From an uncultured Acidobacteriota bacterium (lineage in GTDB: Bacteria > Acidobacteriota > Vicinamibacteria > Vicinamibacterales > SCN-69-37): a stretch of 64,000 nucleotides of DNA. Under the pieces are notes generated by a model. It had not been told where the DNA came from and did no database searches. It worked only from the letters and a program-made list of their open reading frames with translations. How positions within the stretch are numbered: position 1 is the stretch's first letter; each line of letters begins with the position of its first letter. The stretch is from positions 207,100 through 271,099 of the forward strand of contig CAWADF010000002.1 of assembly GCA_963780855.1 (NCBI GenBank), in the 5' to 3' direction. Positions 1 through 10,130 of this stretch are shown here, one piece after another. The translations under genes were made by a program, and so were the position numbers.

Positions 1-119
1 GGTACGCGAGCCAGGAACCGGGCGCCAGGCAGCTCACAAAGACGAGCGGTTTGAAGAAACGCCAGCCCGACGAGGATCGTCCGAGAACGCGGCTCGAATG
101 CCGGCGCGGCAGCGGCCAT
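1..119 (-). CDS. msrQ: MsrQ (YedZ-type) membrane subunit of MsrPQ, 5' part only (runs off window), one apparent frameshift
   Basis: Minus-strand ATG at 119-117 lies 1 nt from the msrP stop (123-121). Translation gives [21 protein letters not shown], then after a 1-nt shift [19 protein letters not shown], matching the first TM helix of MsrQ. Position downstream of msrP fits msrPQ operons. Confidence 0.5.
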   Translation of the reverse strand, partial: MAAAAPAFEPRSRTILVGLAFLQTARLCELPGARFLARV

Positions 120-120
120 C

Positions 121-1098
121 TCAGAAGTTCTTCCTCAGGTCCATGCCCGCGTAGAGGCTCGCGACCTGGTCGCCGTAGCCATTGAACATCAGCGTCTTGC
201 GCTTCGAGCAGCTCGCCGATGCGCCGCTCGGTCGCCTGGCTCCAGCGCGGGTGGTCCACGGTCGGATTGACGTTGGCGTAGAAGCCGTACTCGTTGGGCG
301 TCTGCACGGCCCACGTGTTGTGCGGCTGCTTGTCGGTGAACTCGAATGCGCACGATCGACTTGCCGCTCTTGAACCCGTACTTCCACGGCACGTGAACGC
401 GGAGCGGCGCGCCGTTCTGATTCGGCAGCACCTTGCCGTAGAGGCCGACGACCATCGAGCGTGAGCGGGTGCATGGCCTCGTCCAGCCGCAGGCCCTCGA
501 CGTACGGGAACGGAAGCCGGCCGTCTGCAGGCCCGGCATCTCGCTCGCGCGCATCAGCGTCGTGAACTCGACGAACTTCGCCTGCGAGGTCGGCTGCACT
601 GTGTCGATGAGCGTCTTGAGCGGGAAGCCCACCCAGGGGACCACCATCGACCAGCCTTCGACGCAGCGATGGCGATAGATGCGCTCCTCGAGCTGGTTGA
701 AGTCTGATCAGATCCTCGACGCCGTAGCCGCCCGGCTTGCCGACCATCCCGTCGATCTTGACGGTCCAAGGGCGCGTCGTGAGACGGCCGGCGTAGTGCG
801 CCGGGTCGGACTTCCCGGTGCCGAACTCGTAGTAGTTGTTGTAGTTGGTGATCTGCTCGTAGGTGTTCGTCGGATCGACCTTGGGATCAGGGACGAACGA
901 GGTCTGCTTGACGTTGGGCAACGCGGCCAGGCCCTGCGGCGTCTGGCTCGCGTCGGCGCGTCCGAGGACCGAAGCCGCGACGGCCCCCACCGTCCCGGCC
1001 GCGGCGACTTTGATGAAGTCGCGCCGGGAATGATACGCGCCTTCGGGCGTGACCTCGGAATACGGCAAATCCCAGGGCTTCTTCGATCGAGTCAGCAT
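121..1098 (-). CDS. msrP: Protein-methionine-sulfoxide reductase catalytic subunit MsrP (YedY, Moco enzyme), frameshifted in this sequence (at least 3-4 shifts)
   Basis: Tat signal [19 protein letters not shown]. Motifs [77 protein letters not shown] and [13 protein letters not shown]. Homology hops between ORF 121..1134, ORF 189..647 and the third minus frame. Confidence 0.85.
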   Translation of the reverse strand: MLTRSKKPWDLPYSEVTPEGAYHSRRDFIKVAAAGTVGAVAASVLGRADASQTPQGLAALPNVKQTSFVPDPKVDPTNTYEQITNYNNYYEFGTGKSDPAHYAGRLTTRPWTVKIDGMVGKPGGYGVEDLIRLQPARGAHLSPSLRRRLVDGGPLGGLPAQDAHRHSAADLAGEVRRVHDADARERDAGPADGRLPFPYVEGLRLDEAMHPLTLDGRRPLRQGAAESERRAAPRSRAVEVRVQERQVDRAHSSSPTSSRTTRGPCRRPTSTASTPTSIRPWTTRAGARRPSGASASCSKRKTLMFNGYGDQVASLYAGMDLRKNF

Positions 1099-1233
1099 GG
1101 AACCCCCACGGTCGGTACTGTAATTACACCACACCGCCCGGTTATTCCGGCCGGGACCGCATCTCCTGCTACCATACTGAGTTCGCCGTGCCTTCCGGGT
1201 GTGATGCCTGGACCGCGCAGGACGTTACAACTC

Positions 1234-2593
1234 ATGGCGCCAACGTTGACCACTCTGCCCGCGACCGCTGAAGCGCTTCGCCACAAACTTGCCTCCCGCA
1301 CGGCACACGTCGGGGTGGTCGGCCTCGGGTACGTCGGGCTGCCGCTCGCGGTCGAGTTGGCGCGCGCGGGATTCAAGACGACCGGCATCGACCTCGACAC
1401 GCGCAAGGTCGACGCGATCAACCGCGGCGAGTCCTACATCCAGGACGTGCCGACGGCCGACGTCGCCCAGTTCCAGAAGGCCGGCAAGCTCTCCGCTACG
1501 ACCGACCCGGCCGTCGCCGCCACGCTCGACACGATCAACATCTGCGTGCCGACGCCGCTGCGCAAGACCAAGGACCCGGATCTCTCCTACGTCGTCTCGG
1601 CCGTCGAGATGATCGCCGCGCACCTGCACCGTGGCCAGCTCGTCGATTCTCGAATCGACCACCTACCCGGGTACGACGGAGGAAGTCGTCCAGCCGATTC
1701 TCGAAAAGGGCGGGCTGAAGGCCGGCGAGGACTTCTTCCTGGCGTTCTCACCCGAGCGCGTCGATCCCGGCAACGAGAAATGGACGACGAAGAACGTGCC
1801 GAAGGTCGTGGGCGGGCTGACGCCGGCATGTTCGGCGCTCGCCAGCGCACTCTACTCCGCCTCGATCGATCGCGTCGTCGAAGTCAGCTCGCCGAAAGTC
1901 GCGGAGATGGTGAAGCTGCTCGAGAACACGTTCCGGGCGGTCAACATCGGCCTGGTGAACGAGCTGGCGCTGATGTGCGACCGGCTCGGCCTGAGCGTGT
2001 GGGAGGTGGTCGACGCGGCCGCGACCAAGCCGTTCGGCTTCATGCCGTTCTATCCGGGGCCCGGGCTCGGCGGCCACTGCATCCCGATCGATCCGTTCTA
2101 CCTGTCGTGGAAGGTGAAGGAAGTCGGCTTCGAGGCGCGCTTCATCGAGCTGGCCGGGCAGGTGAACGGCGCGATGCCGCATCACGTCGTGGACAAGGTG
2201 GCCGACGCGCTCAACTCGCAGAGCAAGGCCGTGCGCGGCGCGAACGTGCTCGTCGTCGGGATTTCCTACAAGCGCGACATCGACGACATGCGCGAGTCAC
2301 CGGCGCTCGACCTGATGGCCGTGCTGCAGCAGAAGGGCGCGAAGATCAGCTACCACGACCCGTACGTGCCGACGCTTGCCGCGCGCGACTGGCCCGGGAG
2401 CACGGATCTGGCGTCCGTGCCGCTCGACGCGAACACGCTCGCGGCAGCCGATTGCGTCGTGATCGTGACCGACCACAAGGTGCTCGACTACCCCGCCATC
2501 GTCTCGGGCGCCAGGCTGATCGTCGACTCGCGCAACGCGATCAAGACGCCGCACCCGCACGTGTTCCGGCTGGGCGCGCCGGCGGCAAAGTAG
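1234..2593 (+). CDS. Nucleotide-sugar dehydrogenase (UDP-N-acetyl-D-glucosamine/mannosamine dehydrogenase family), one frameshift near 1640
   Basis: Rossmann motif VGVVGLGYVGLPLAVELA in the frame of ORF 679..2673. It continues in ORF 1631..2593 with ESTTYPGTTEE, LAFSPERVDPGN and catalytic GLGGHCIPIDPFYL, plus the C-terminal UDP-binding domain VLVVGISYKRDIDDMRESP. Confidence 0.85.
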
Positions 2594-2597
2594 CTGA

Positions 2598-2670
2598 GCC
2601 CGGCACTGGGCAAGAGGCACTGGGCACTGGCGCGCGTCGTCATGCTGAGCAATGCCCAGTGCCCAATGCC
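2598..2670. repeat. Imperfect palindrome of GGCACTGG/GGCATTGG words (right arm continues at 3699-3707, split by IS630)
   Basis: Left arm GGCACTGGGCAAGAGGCACTGGGCACTGG, about 20-nt loop, right arm AATGCCCAGTGCCCAATGCC[TA-IS630-TA]GTGCCTGAC. Lies between the convergent stops of the dehydrogenase and the GH3 gene. Confidence 0.7.
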
Positions 2671-2691
2671 TAAAGCGTTTTTCATGATCCT

Positions 2692-3298
2692 TTAGCGACC
2701 ACCGTAGCCGCAGTGGCGAAAATAGTTGCGGCACTCGGCGGCCGAGAAGCGCGTCAGGCAGTCGCCGAGCAGCGGCCACAGGGTCTCGGTCGACCGACAG
2801 CGCGCCGCTCGAAGGATCGCCTTCAGTTTCGCGAAGCAGAGTTCAATCGGATTGAAGTCGGGGCTGTAGGGCGGCAGGTACCAGAGCTCGGCACCGGTGG
2901 CCGCGATGCGGTCCTCGATGCCGTCGACGCGATGGGCCGGCAGATTGTCAGCCACAACGATGTCGCCGGCCTGGAGCGTGGGCGCCAGGATCTGGTCGAC
3001 GTAGGCGAAGAAACTCTCGCCATCCATCGGCCCATCGAACACGCCGGGCGCCGTCAGGCCATGCACGCGGAGGGCGGCGATGAAGGTGCTCGTCTGCCAC
3101 CGGCCCTGCGGCGTGTGGTCGGCGACGCGCTGGCCCCGCAGGCTGCGCCCGTATCGACGGAGCAGATTCGTGGTCACGCCGCTTTCGTCAAGAAATACAA
3201 GGTGCGCCGGGTCCAGCGTCGGCGCGATCGCCTGCCAGTGGCGCCGCGCTGCCCGAATGTCAGGCCGGTCGTGCTCGGACGCGCGTACCGTTTTTTTT
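2692..3298 (-). CDS. IS630 transposase, DDE catalytic part (orfB; joins orfA at the A8 run)
   Basis: VFLDESG ... VADNLPAHR ... YSPDFNPIELCFAKLK form the DDE triad context of IS630/Tc1-mariner transposases. The frame opens inside the A8 run at 3291-3298. Confidence 0.8.
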
Positions 3299-3622
3299 GA
3301 CCGTAAATGTGAGGGCATCTACGGCCCGCCATATCGTCGCGAGACTGGCGTCGGTGGCCAGGGCGGCTTTCAATTCCACCAGCGTCTGGTCGGGCTGCGC
3401 CTGGATGAGCTCGGCCAAGCGGTGCAGGTGCGGCTCGAGCTTCCGCCGCGGCCCATGCCGCTGCGCACGCGGCGCCACTTCGCCCGTCTCACGACGGCGT
3501 TGCTTCAGCAACCGCACCCACGATCCGCTCACCTGGTACTTCGCCGCGACGTCCGCCGCCTTCATGCCGGCATCACTATCGCGAAGCGCCCGCACGCGCA
3601 GATCCATCGAATACGCTCGCAT
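3260..3622 (-). CDS. IS630 transposase, N-terminal HTH part (orfA)
   Basis: MRAYSMDLRVRALRDSDAGMKAADVAAKYQVSGSWVRLLKQRRRETGEV is the typical IS630/Tc1 paired-like HTH. This frame stops 30 nt after an A8 run. Confidence 0.8.
   Translation of the reverse strand: MRAYSMDLRVRALRDSDAGMKAADVAAKYQVSGSWVRLLKQRRRETGEVAPRAQRHGPRRKLEPHLHRLAELIQAQPDQTLVELKAALATDASLATIWRAVDALTFTVKKNGTRVRARPA
3291..3298 (-). promoter_or_regulatory. A8 homopolymer at the orfA/orfB junction: candidate transcriptional-slippage / recoding site (or a homopolymer miscall)
   Basis: Minus strand reads GTC AAA AAA AAC GGT. Removing one A (or adding two) fuses orfA to orfB as ..FTVKKKTVRASEHDRP.. Confidence 0.4.
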
Positions 3623-3695
3623 CGGTCCCTCCTCCGCGTGCGGACAGAGGTACCATCCGGCCGTCTTCAGGTACAAGACCTATCTGAAAAACGCT

Positions 3696-6368
3696 TTAGT
3701 GCCTGACTGTTACCTCACCCCTGAGCCTGATGTCCTTCGACGACGCGCCGATCAGAATTCGAAAGGCGCCCGGCTCGACGACCCAGTGCAGATAGCGATC
3801 GAGCAGCTTCAAATCCTCGCGTCCGACGCTGAACGTCACGTCGCGGCGCTCGCCTGGCTCGAGATGGACGCGCTGAAACTGCTTGAGCGCGATGATGGGC
3901 TGTGCCACCGACGCCAGCAGATCGCGGATGTAGAGCTGTACGACTTCGTCGCCCGCGCGGCGGCCTGAGTTCGTAATGGCGCAGCGCACGGTCGCCGTGC
4001 CGTCGGGACCAATCTCCGCGGGCTCGATCGAAAGGTCCGAGTACTCGAACGTCGTGTAGCTCAGGCCAAACCCGAACGGAAACAGCGGCTGGCCAGTGAG
4101 ATCGACGTAGTCGTCGCCGCGGCCGGTCGGCTTGTGATCGTAATAGAGCGGCAGCTGGCCTTCGGCGACGGGGAAGGTGATGGGCAGCCGGCCCGCGGGA
4201 TTGGCGTCACCGACGATCACGTCGGCCACGGCGTCGCCGCCCGCCTCACCCGAATACCACGCGTCGACGACCGCCGCCACGCGATCGAGCCACGGCATCG
4301 TGATCGCGCTTCCGCCGACGAGAACGACGATGGTTGGCTTCCCCGTCGCAGCCACCGCGCGAATCAACTCGTCCTGCCTGCCCGGCAACCCGAGGAGCGC
4401 GCGGTCGCGGAACTCGCCTTCCTCGATTCCCGCGACGACGACCGCCTCGTCTGCGTCCTTCGCCACGGCCACGGCGTCCGCAATGGCGCGATCGGAGTCG
4501 TCGACGATGCCGGCGTTCCAGATCAGCCTGAGTCGGGCGTTGCCGGTCTCCTCGAAGTACTCGAGGCGGATCGCGTGACGCGAGCCCGGCTCGAACGACA
4601 CCGGCGTCGTCTTGACGCCGTACGACTGCTTCTTCCAGTCGTCGATCGCCAGCCGATCGTCGAGGTAGAGGCGAAAGCCGTCGTTGCCCTCGACGCCGAT
4701 CCGCGTCACGCCCGACGCGGGCACAACGACCGTGCCGCTCCAGCGCACCGAATACCAATCGAACGGGATGCCGCGGCCGGGCGCGTTCAGCGTCCAACGA
4801 AAGTCCATGCGCGCGTCGGTGCGCGTCAGTCGAGGTGCGCCGTCGAGCTTCGGATTGTCGAAGTACTCGCCCATGAGACCCTGCACGCCCTGGCCGTTGA
4901 GCTGTGACGCGAGCGCGGCCACGGGCACGACGTCGAATTCGCGAATCGTGCGCCCGGGGCCTCGCGCGTAGCGAACGGCGCCGGCCGTCGTGAGCGCCCG
5001 CTCGAGACCCGCCCGAATCGAGACGGTGTGGTTGCCGGGGCCGCTGTAGTCGCCGAGCCGCACCTCGTCGGCGTCGGCGCCGATGAGCGCGATCGCGCGC
5101 GCGGATCGGGCGATCGGCAGCACGCCCGCGTCGTTCTTGAGCAGCACGATCGACTCGCGGGCGGCCTCGCGGGCGAGCGCGCGATGCGCGTCGCTGTTCG
5201 CCTCCGCGGCCGCGCGATCGGGATCGGCGTACGGGTGCTCGAACAGCCCCAGCTCGAACTTCACGCGCAGCACGCGCGCCACGGCGGCGTCGATCACCGC
5301 CGTCGGAATCAGCCCGCGCCGAAAAGCATCCAGATACGGACGCTGCTGGCCGTACGCCGACTGAAAGACGACGTCGAGCCCCGCGTTGAAGGCGTCGGTC
5401 GCGGCCGCGGCCGTGTTTGGCTCCGTCATGTGGAGCACCGTCGCCCCGCTCGTCCCGGAGGCGTCCGAGATCACGAACCCGGGAAAGGCCCAGTCGCCCT
5501 TGAGCACGTCGGTGAGCAGGTGCCGATTCTGCGTCGCCGGCGTGCCGTCGACCGAGTTGTATGCCGCCATGATCGACCGCGCGCCGGCCTGAATCGACGC
5601 GACGAACGGCGGGTCGTACCGCTCGAGCAGCGCGCGCTCGCTGCGATCGATCGGATAGCTGTCGCGCCCGCCCTCGCCCACGTTCGCGACGAAGTGCTTC
5701 GGCGTGGTCACGACGCCCGCCCGCTCGAACGCCGTCACGAACGCGCGCGCCATTCCCGACGCGAGCACGGGGTCTTCGCCGTACGTCTCCGCCACTCTCC
5801 CCCAGCGCACGTCGTCGGCGATGTTGACGACGGGCGAGAGCACCTGACGGATGCCGCGCGACGCGGTCTCGCTCGCGATCGCGCCGGCGACGCGCGACAT
5901 GAGCGCAGGATCCCACGTGGCCGCGAGCGCGATCGCCGACGGATACACGGTGGCGCCGTCACGCGCGAGACCATGGACGGCTTCCTCGAAGGGGAGGATC
6001 GGAATGCCCAGCCGCGTGCGCTCCACGAAGTAGCGCTGAATCGCGTTGATGCGATCGGCGTGCGCGCGGGCCGCCGCCGGCGCGGACTGCTCGGACCGGC
6101 CGCGGGTCGTGCCAACCTGCAGCCCGAAAATGCCGTGCGAGTAGTCGTTCGCGGGATTGTCCAGATCGCCCGGGATCATGAACAACTGCCAGAACTTCTC
6201 CTCGAGGGTCATGCGCGAGACGAGGTCGCGCACGCGCTCGTCGATCGGCCGTGACGCGTCCTTGTACGGCGGGACTTGCGGAACGGCACCCCGCCACGCC
6301 GCGGTCGCTGCGACCAGACAGATCGCGATGCCCGCTCGCGCGACGGCGAATCTCGTCGAGCCGATCAC
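3696..6368 (-). CDS. bglX: Secreted glycoside hydrolase family 3 beta-glucosidase with PA14 insert
   Basis: Intact 890-aa ORF with an N-terminal signal. GH3 N-domain (KHFVANVGEGGRDS; nucleophile context GFVISDASG). PA14-like insert (GLMGEYFDNPKLDG...FRLYLDD). GH3 C-domain and Fn3-like tail. Confidence 0.9.
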   Translation of the reverse strand: MIGSTRFAVARAGIAICLVAATAAWRGAVPQVPPYKDASRPIDERVRDLVSRMTLEEKFWQLFMIPGDLDNPANDYSHGIFGLQVGTTRGRSEQSAPAAARAHADRINAIQRYFVERTRLGIPILPFEEAVHGLARDGATVYPSAIALAATWDPALMSRVAGAIASETASRGIRQVLSPVVNIADDVRWGRVAETYGEDPVLASGMARAFVTAFERAGVVTTPKHFVANVGEGGRDSYPIDRSERALLERYDPPFVASIQAGARSIMAAYNSVDGTPATQNRHLLTDVLKGDWAFPGFVISDASGTSGATVLHMTEPNTAAAATDAFNAGLDVVFQSAYGQQRPYLDAFRRGLIPTAVIDAAVARVLRVKFELGLFEHPYADPDRAAAEANSDAHRALAREAARESIVLLKNDAGVLPIARSARAIALIGADADEVRLGDYSGPGNHTVSIRAGLERALTTAGAVRYARGPGRTIREFDVVPVAALASQLNGQGVQGLMGEYFDNPKLDGAPRLTRTDARMDFRWTLNAPGRGIPFDWYSVRWSGTVVVPASGVTRIGVEGNDGFRLYLDDRLAIDDWKKQSYGVKTTPVSFEPGSRHAIRLEYFEETGNARLRLIWNAGIVDDSDRAIADAVAVAKDADEAVVVAGIEEGEFRDRALLGLPGRQDELIRAVAATGKPTIVVLVGGSAITMPWLDRVAAVVDAWYSGEAGGDAVADVIVGDANPAGRLPITFPVAEGQLPLYYDHKPTGRGDDYVDLTGQPLFPFGFGLSYTTFEYSDLSIEPAEIGPDGTATVRCAITNSGRRAGDEVVQLYIRDLLASVAQPIIALKQFQRVHLEPGERRDVTFSVGREDLKLLDRYLHWVVEPGAFRILIGASSKDIRLRGEVTVRH

Positions 6369-6389
6369 GGCGTCCCGTGCCGCAACGCG

Positions 6390-7355
6390 CTAGCGGAGAT
6401 TGAGCTTCTTCGCCGCGAACGGCCGCACGAACGCGCCCGGCGGGTTGTGCGCCGTGGCGTTGTCATAGGCAGTCTGATATTCCGCCTTGGCCTTGTCGGC
6501 TTGGCCGAGCTTCTCGTACGTCATTCCCAGCAGGCAGTGCATGAACGGATCGTTCTGGTTGCCCTGCAGGCCGACGGCCTTGGTCAGCTCGGCCTCGGCC
6601 GTCTTCAGATCGTTCGTGTAGAGCGCGACGTAGCCGACCATGTACGGGAAGAAGCGCTCCTGCTGCTCGGCCATCTTGGGATCGCTGTCGAGGAGGCGTC
6701 GCGCCTCGGCGATCTGCTTCTTGGCTTCGGCCGCGTCGCCGCGACGCGCGGCGATTCGTCCGAGCGCGTGCGCCAGGCGGTAATCCCAGAGGCTCTTCGG
6801 GTGCGTCTCGTTGCCCGGCTCCTTCAGCCCGAGGCGCGCCCCTTCGCGGTACCAATGCTCGGCCTCGTCGAGCTTGCCGGCGTCGATGCAGACGCGCGCA
6901 CCTTCGTTGGCCATCTCGCCTTCCTGGTAGAACGCGTTCTGCGGCTCGGCCTGCTCGCGCGTCACCCAGTAGGCGATCACCATCTGCTCGTACTTGATCG
7001 TGTTGGCGCAGTCGCCCTGAAAGGCATACGACATCGCCATCCCGCGCTGGGCCGCGGCCTTGGCGGCGGGATCGGTCGCGGTGTCGATGATCCGCTGGAA
7101 CACGGCGCGGGCGTCGTCGTGCGCCCCGAGCGTGTCGAGCATGTTGGCCGCCGACGTGGACGTCGGGTTGGCCTTCAGCTCTTCCCGCACGGCCGCGAGC
7201 GCATCGGCCGTGCGTCCGGCGCGCATCGCCTCGGACGCCTGGCGCAGGTTCGCCGACTGGTTGCCGCGGCCCTGCGCGCCCGCGAGGGCGGGCGCGACGG
7301 AGCACGCGACGAGAAAGACGAACAGCCGCTGGAAACGAGGGGAAATTGTCTTCAT
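6390..7355 (-). CDS. Secreted TPR-repeat protein
   Basis: Intact 321-aa ORF with signal peptide MKTISPRFQRLFVFLVACSVAPALAGA, followed by repeated 34-aa TPR-like A/Y/L patterns. Confidence 0.65.
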   Translation of the reverse strand: MKTISPRFQRLFVFLVACSVAPALAGAQGRGNQSANLRQASEAMRAGRTADALAAVREELKANPTSTSAANMLDTLGAHDDARAVFQRIIDTATDPAAKAAAQRGMAMSYAFQGDCANTIKYEQMVIAYWVTREQAEPQNAFYQEGEMANEGARVCIDAGKLDEAEHWYREGARLGLKEPGNETHPKSLWDYRLAHALGRIAARRGDAAEAKKQIAEARRLLDSDPKMAEQQERFFPYMVGYVALYTNDLKTAEAELTKAVGLQGNQNDPFMHCLLGMTYEKLGQADKAKAEYQTAYDNATAHNPPGAFVRPFAAKKLNLR

Positions 7356-7379
7356 CCCGCGATTCTACGCCCGGCCGCG

Positions 7380-8648
7380 CTACTTTCGCATCCGGTTGCT
7401 GATGACATACCAGCTCGTGCCGGCGAGGCCGATCGCGCCCCCGATGAGGAACGTCTTGTCTGGCCCGATTTCCTGCCACAGGTAGGCGGCCACGATCGGC
7501 GCCGGGAAGAAGGCAAAGGACCGCAGCCCCCAGTAGAGACCAACGGCGCGCGCGCGGACGTGAGGCGGGAACCCGGTGGCAATCAAGGCCTTGCGCGCCG
7601 GCTCCCCGAGCTCGCGCAGGCCGTTGACGATGTACGTCAACACGAAGCCGAGGACGACGGGCAAGCCGAAGGCCTCGCACAATCGCGGGAGCAGCACGAG
7701 ACAGATGGGAAACAGCGAGAACAGCAGGAACGTCGTCCCGATGAACGGCCGCGGTGACGCCGAGCGATCCACCCACTTCGCGACGGGCACGTACGTCGCG
7801 AGTGCCACCAGGCCCATCAGCGCGATCAAATAGCCGGTCGTGCTGTCCGCGGCCTCCTTGGTCCAGCCAAATCGATCGATCAGCACGGTCACGACGTACA
7901 GCGGCGCGAAGCTGCGCGCGAACCAGTCGCCCCAGCGGATGAAGATCTCGGCGCTCAGGAGCAGCCGGAGTTCGCGCGGCATGTCATGAAGGATGGTTCG
8001 GAACGGGACGTGCGCCGGATCCCTCTTGGCCTTCATGCGCGACGTGAGCCCGAGCTGCAGGACGACGGACAGGCCGACGAGCGCGAACGCCAGGGTGAGG
8101 TTGAGCCAGTAGCCGACCGCGCCGATGAGGATGCCGCCGATCGCCGGCCCGATGACCTTGGGCAGGCGCTTCTGGATGCTCTGAACCGCGAAGGCAATCG
8201 TCCGGCGATTCTTGGGCACCTCGCTGCCGACGACGTCGAACGTCGCGGGCACGGACAGCGGTTCCCAGTTGGTCATCAGCAGCGCGCCGGCCGCAATCCA
8301 CATGGGATTGTGCGTCGAGAGCATCACCGTGAAGCCGATGGCCATCGGTACCGCGGACACCGCGAGCGCCACGCGCGGCCCCATCTTGTGGGCGATCGTG
8401 CCGCCGATGATGTAGCCGAAGCCCTCGAGCAGGTTGGTGATCGAGGCGATGACGCCGACGTACGCCGCGGCTTTGAGCACAGCCCCGGTGACGTCCGCCA
8501 AGTGCAGCGACAGGAAGTTGTTCCAGAGCTCTTCGCTGAGGCCCAGGCAGCCGATGACGACGAGGACGGCGACGGTTGCGCGGTTGAGGCCGAGCCAGCT
8601 TGCCAGGGATTCGCGCGGCGCGGCCGCGCCTTGGACAGGATCGCTCAT
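7380..8648 (-). CDS. MFS transporter
   Basis: Intact 422-aa ORF, about 12 hydrophobic segments, MFS-type loop GGTIAHKMGPR after TM2. Confidence 0.85.
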   Translation of the reverse strand: MSDPVQGAAAPRESLASWLGLNRATVAVLVVIGCLGLSEELWNNFLSLHLADVTGAVLKAAAYVGVIASITNLLEGFGYIIGGTIAHKMGPRVALAVSAVPMAIGFTVMLSTHNPMWIAAGALLMTNWEPLSVPATFDVVGSEVPKNRRTIAFAVQSIQKRLPKVIGPAIGGILIGAVGYWLNLTLAFALVGLSVVLQLGLTSRMKAKRDPAHVPFRTILHDMPRELRLLLSAEIFIRWGDWFARSFAPLYVVTVLIDRFGWTKEAADSTTGYLIALMGLVALATYVPVAKWVDRSASPRPFIGTTFLLFSLFPICLVLLPRLCEAFGLPVVLGFVLTYIVNGLRELGEPARKALIATGFPPHVRARAVGLYWGLRSFAFFPAPIVAAYLWQEIGPDKTFLIGGAIGLAGTSWYVISNRMRK

Positions 8649-8662
8649 TCGTTCTGCGCCAC

Positions 8663-8668
8663 TATAAT
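8663..8668 (+). promoter_or_regulatory. Candidate -10 hexamer TATAAT for mmsA (very short leader)
   Basis: Perfect TATAAT lies 15 nt upstream of the mmsA ATG, in a 35-bp divergent gap. No Shine-Dalgarno between them. Confidence 0.35.
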
Positions 8669-8683
8669 GGCGACTCCTCGACG

Positions 8684-10130
8684 ATGTCGATTGCCATCGT
8701 TCCGAACTTCGTCGGCGGACGCTGGGTCGATGCCGGCACGGCGTCGACGGTCGACGTGCACAACCCGGCCCGCGGCACGGTCATCGCGCGGACGCCGCTC
8801 TCCGGCGCGCGGGAGGTGGACGCGGCCGTCCAGGCCGCGGCCGCGGCGTTTCCAGGCTGGCGCGACACACCGCCAGTCGTTCGCGCGCGCGTGATGTTCG
8901 CGTTCAAGGCCGCGCTCGAGGCGCACTTCGAGGAGATCGCACGCATCATCACCACGGAGCACGGCAAGACGCTGGACGAAGCGCGCGGGAGTCTGCGGCG
9001 CGGCATCGAGTGCGTCGAGGTCGCGTGCGCCGCGCCGTCGCTGCTGATGGGCGCCGGGCTGGAGAACGTCGCGCCCGCCATCGACTGCACGCTCGTGCGC
9101 CAGCCCCTGGGCGTCACCGCGGCCATCGCCCCGTTCAACTTCCCTGCGATGGTCCCGCTCTGGTTCCTGCCCTTCGCCGTCGTCTGCGGCAATACCTTCA
9201 TCCTCAAGCCCTCGGAGCAGGTCCCGCTCTCGATGCAGCGCATCGTCAAGCTGCTGGCCGGGTGCGATCTGCCGCCGGGCGTCGTCAATCTCGTCAACGG
9301 CGGCCGCGAAGCGGTCGAGGCGCTGTGCGATCATCCTGGCATCCGGGCTGTGTCGTTCGTCGGATCGACGCCGGTCGCCCGCGCGCGTGTACCAGCGCGC
9401 AACGCACGCCGGCAAGCGCGTCCAGGCGCTGGGCGGCGCGAAGAACTTCATTGTCGTGCTGCCGGATGCGGACCTCGATCGCGCGATCCCGGCAATCGCC
9501 GAGTCGCTCTACGGGTGCGCCGGCGAGCGATGCCTCGCGGGAAGCGTGCTGCTGCCGATCGGATCGGCCCGCGGCGAGGTGCGGGCGCGGCTCGCCGGGG
9601 TGGCCGAGTCGATGACCATCGGTGACGGCCTCGATCCGGGCGTGCAGATGGGACCCGTGATCAGCGCCCGGCATCTCGAGCGCGTGCGCGGGTACGTCGC
9701 GCAAGGTGCGAGCGACGGCGCCCGGCTGGTGGTGGACGGGCGCGCGCGGTCGCTTCCGAAGGACGGCTTCTTCGTCGGCCCGACGGTGTTCGACGAGGTC
9801 GCGCCGGCGATGACCATCGCGCGCGACGAGATCTTCGGGCCCGTCGCGTCGATCTGCGGAGTCAAGGACATAGACGAAGCGCTGCGGATCATGGACGCCC
9901 ATCCCAACGCAAACGCGACCTCAATCTTCACGACGAGCGGCCGCGCGGCCCGCGAGTTCGCGCGGCGCGCAACGGCGTCGATGGTTGGCGTCAACATCGG
10001 CGTGGCGGCGCCGATGGCGTACTTTCCGTTCGGCGGCGCGCGCGACAGCTTCTTCGGCGACCTGAAGGTGCACGGCCGGGACGCGTTCGAGTTCTACACG
10101 GACAAGAAGGTGACCATTGCCCGATGGTAA
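8684..10130 (+). CDS. mmsA: CoA-acylating methylmalonate-semialdehyde dehydrogenase, one frameshift near 9385
   Basis: ALDH motifs FNFPAMVPLW and ILKPSEQVP in the ORF 8600..9625 frame. It continues in ORF 9387..10130 with GAKNFIVVLPDAD, catalytic Cys context GCAGERCLAGS and the C-terminal FGGARDSFFGDLKVHG typical of MmsA. Confidence 0.85.

Larger units (their letters stand above)
2671..3698 (-). mobile_element. IS630-family insertion sequence (1024 bp plus TA target duplications)
   Basis: Both ends read TA-AAGCGTTTTTCA (12-bp perfect terminal inverted repeat). TA is duplicated at 2671-2672 and 3697-3698, and the reconstructed target is CTAG. The interior encodes HTH and DDE transposase parts. 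Confidence 0.85.

Noticed and set aside
679-2673. Very long ORFs on the wrong strand or frame. Examples: 679..2673, 4246..5916, 6276..7757, 6463..7776, 9991..11181, 24615..26642, 25285..27111, 27309..28715, 31800..33377, 36452..37375, 44686..46248 and 49615..50670.
   Set aside because: Their products are Arg/Ala/Pro/Gly-rich low-complexity strings with no motifs. They overlap motif-rich genes in another frame. At about 70% GC, stop codons are rare in all frames, so ORF length is not evidence here.
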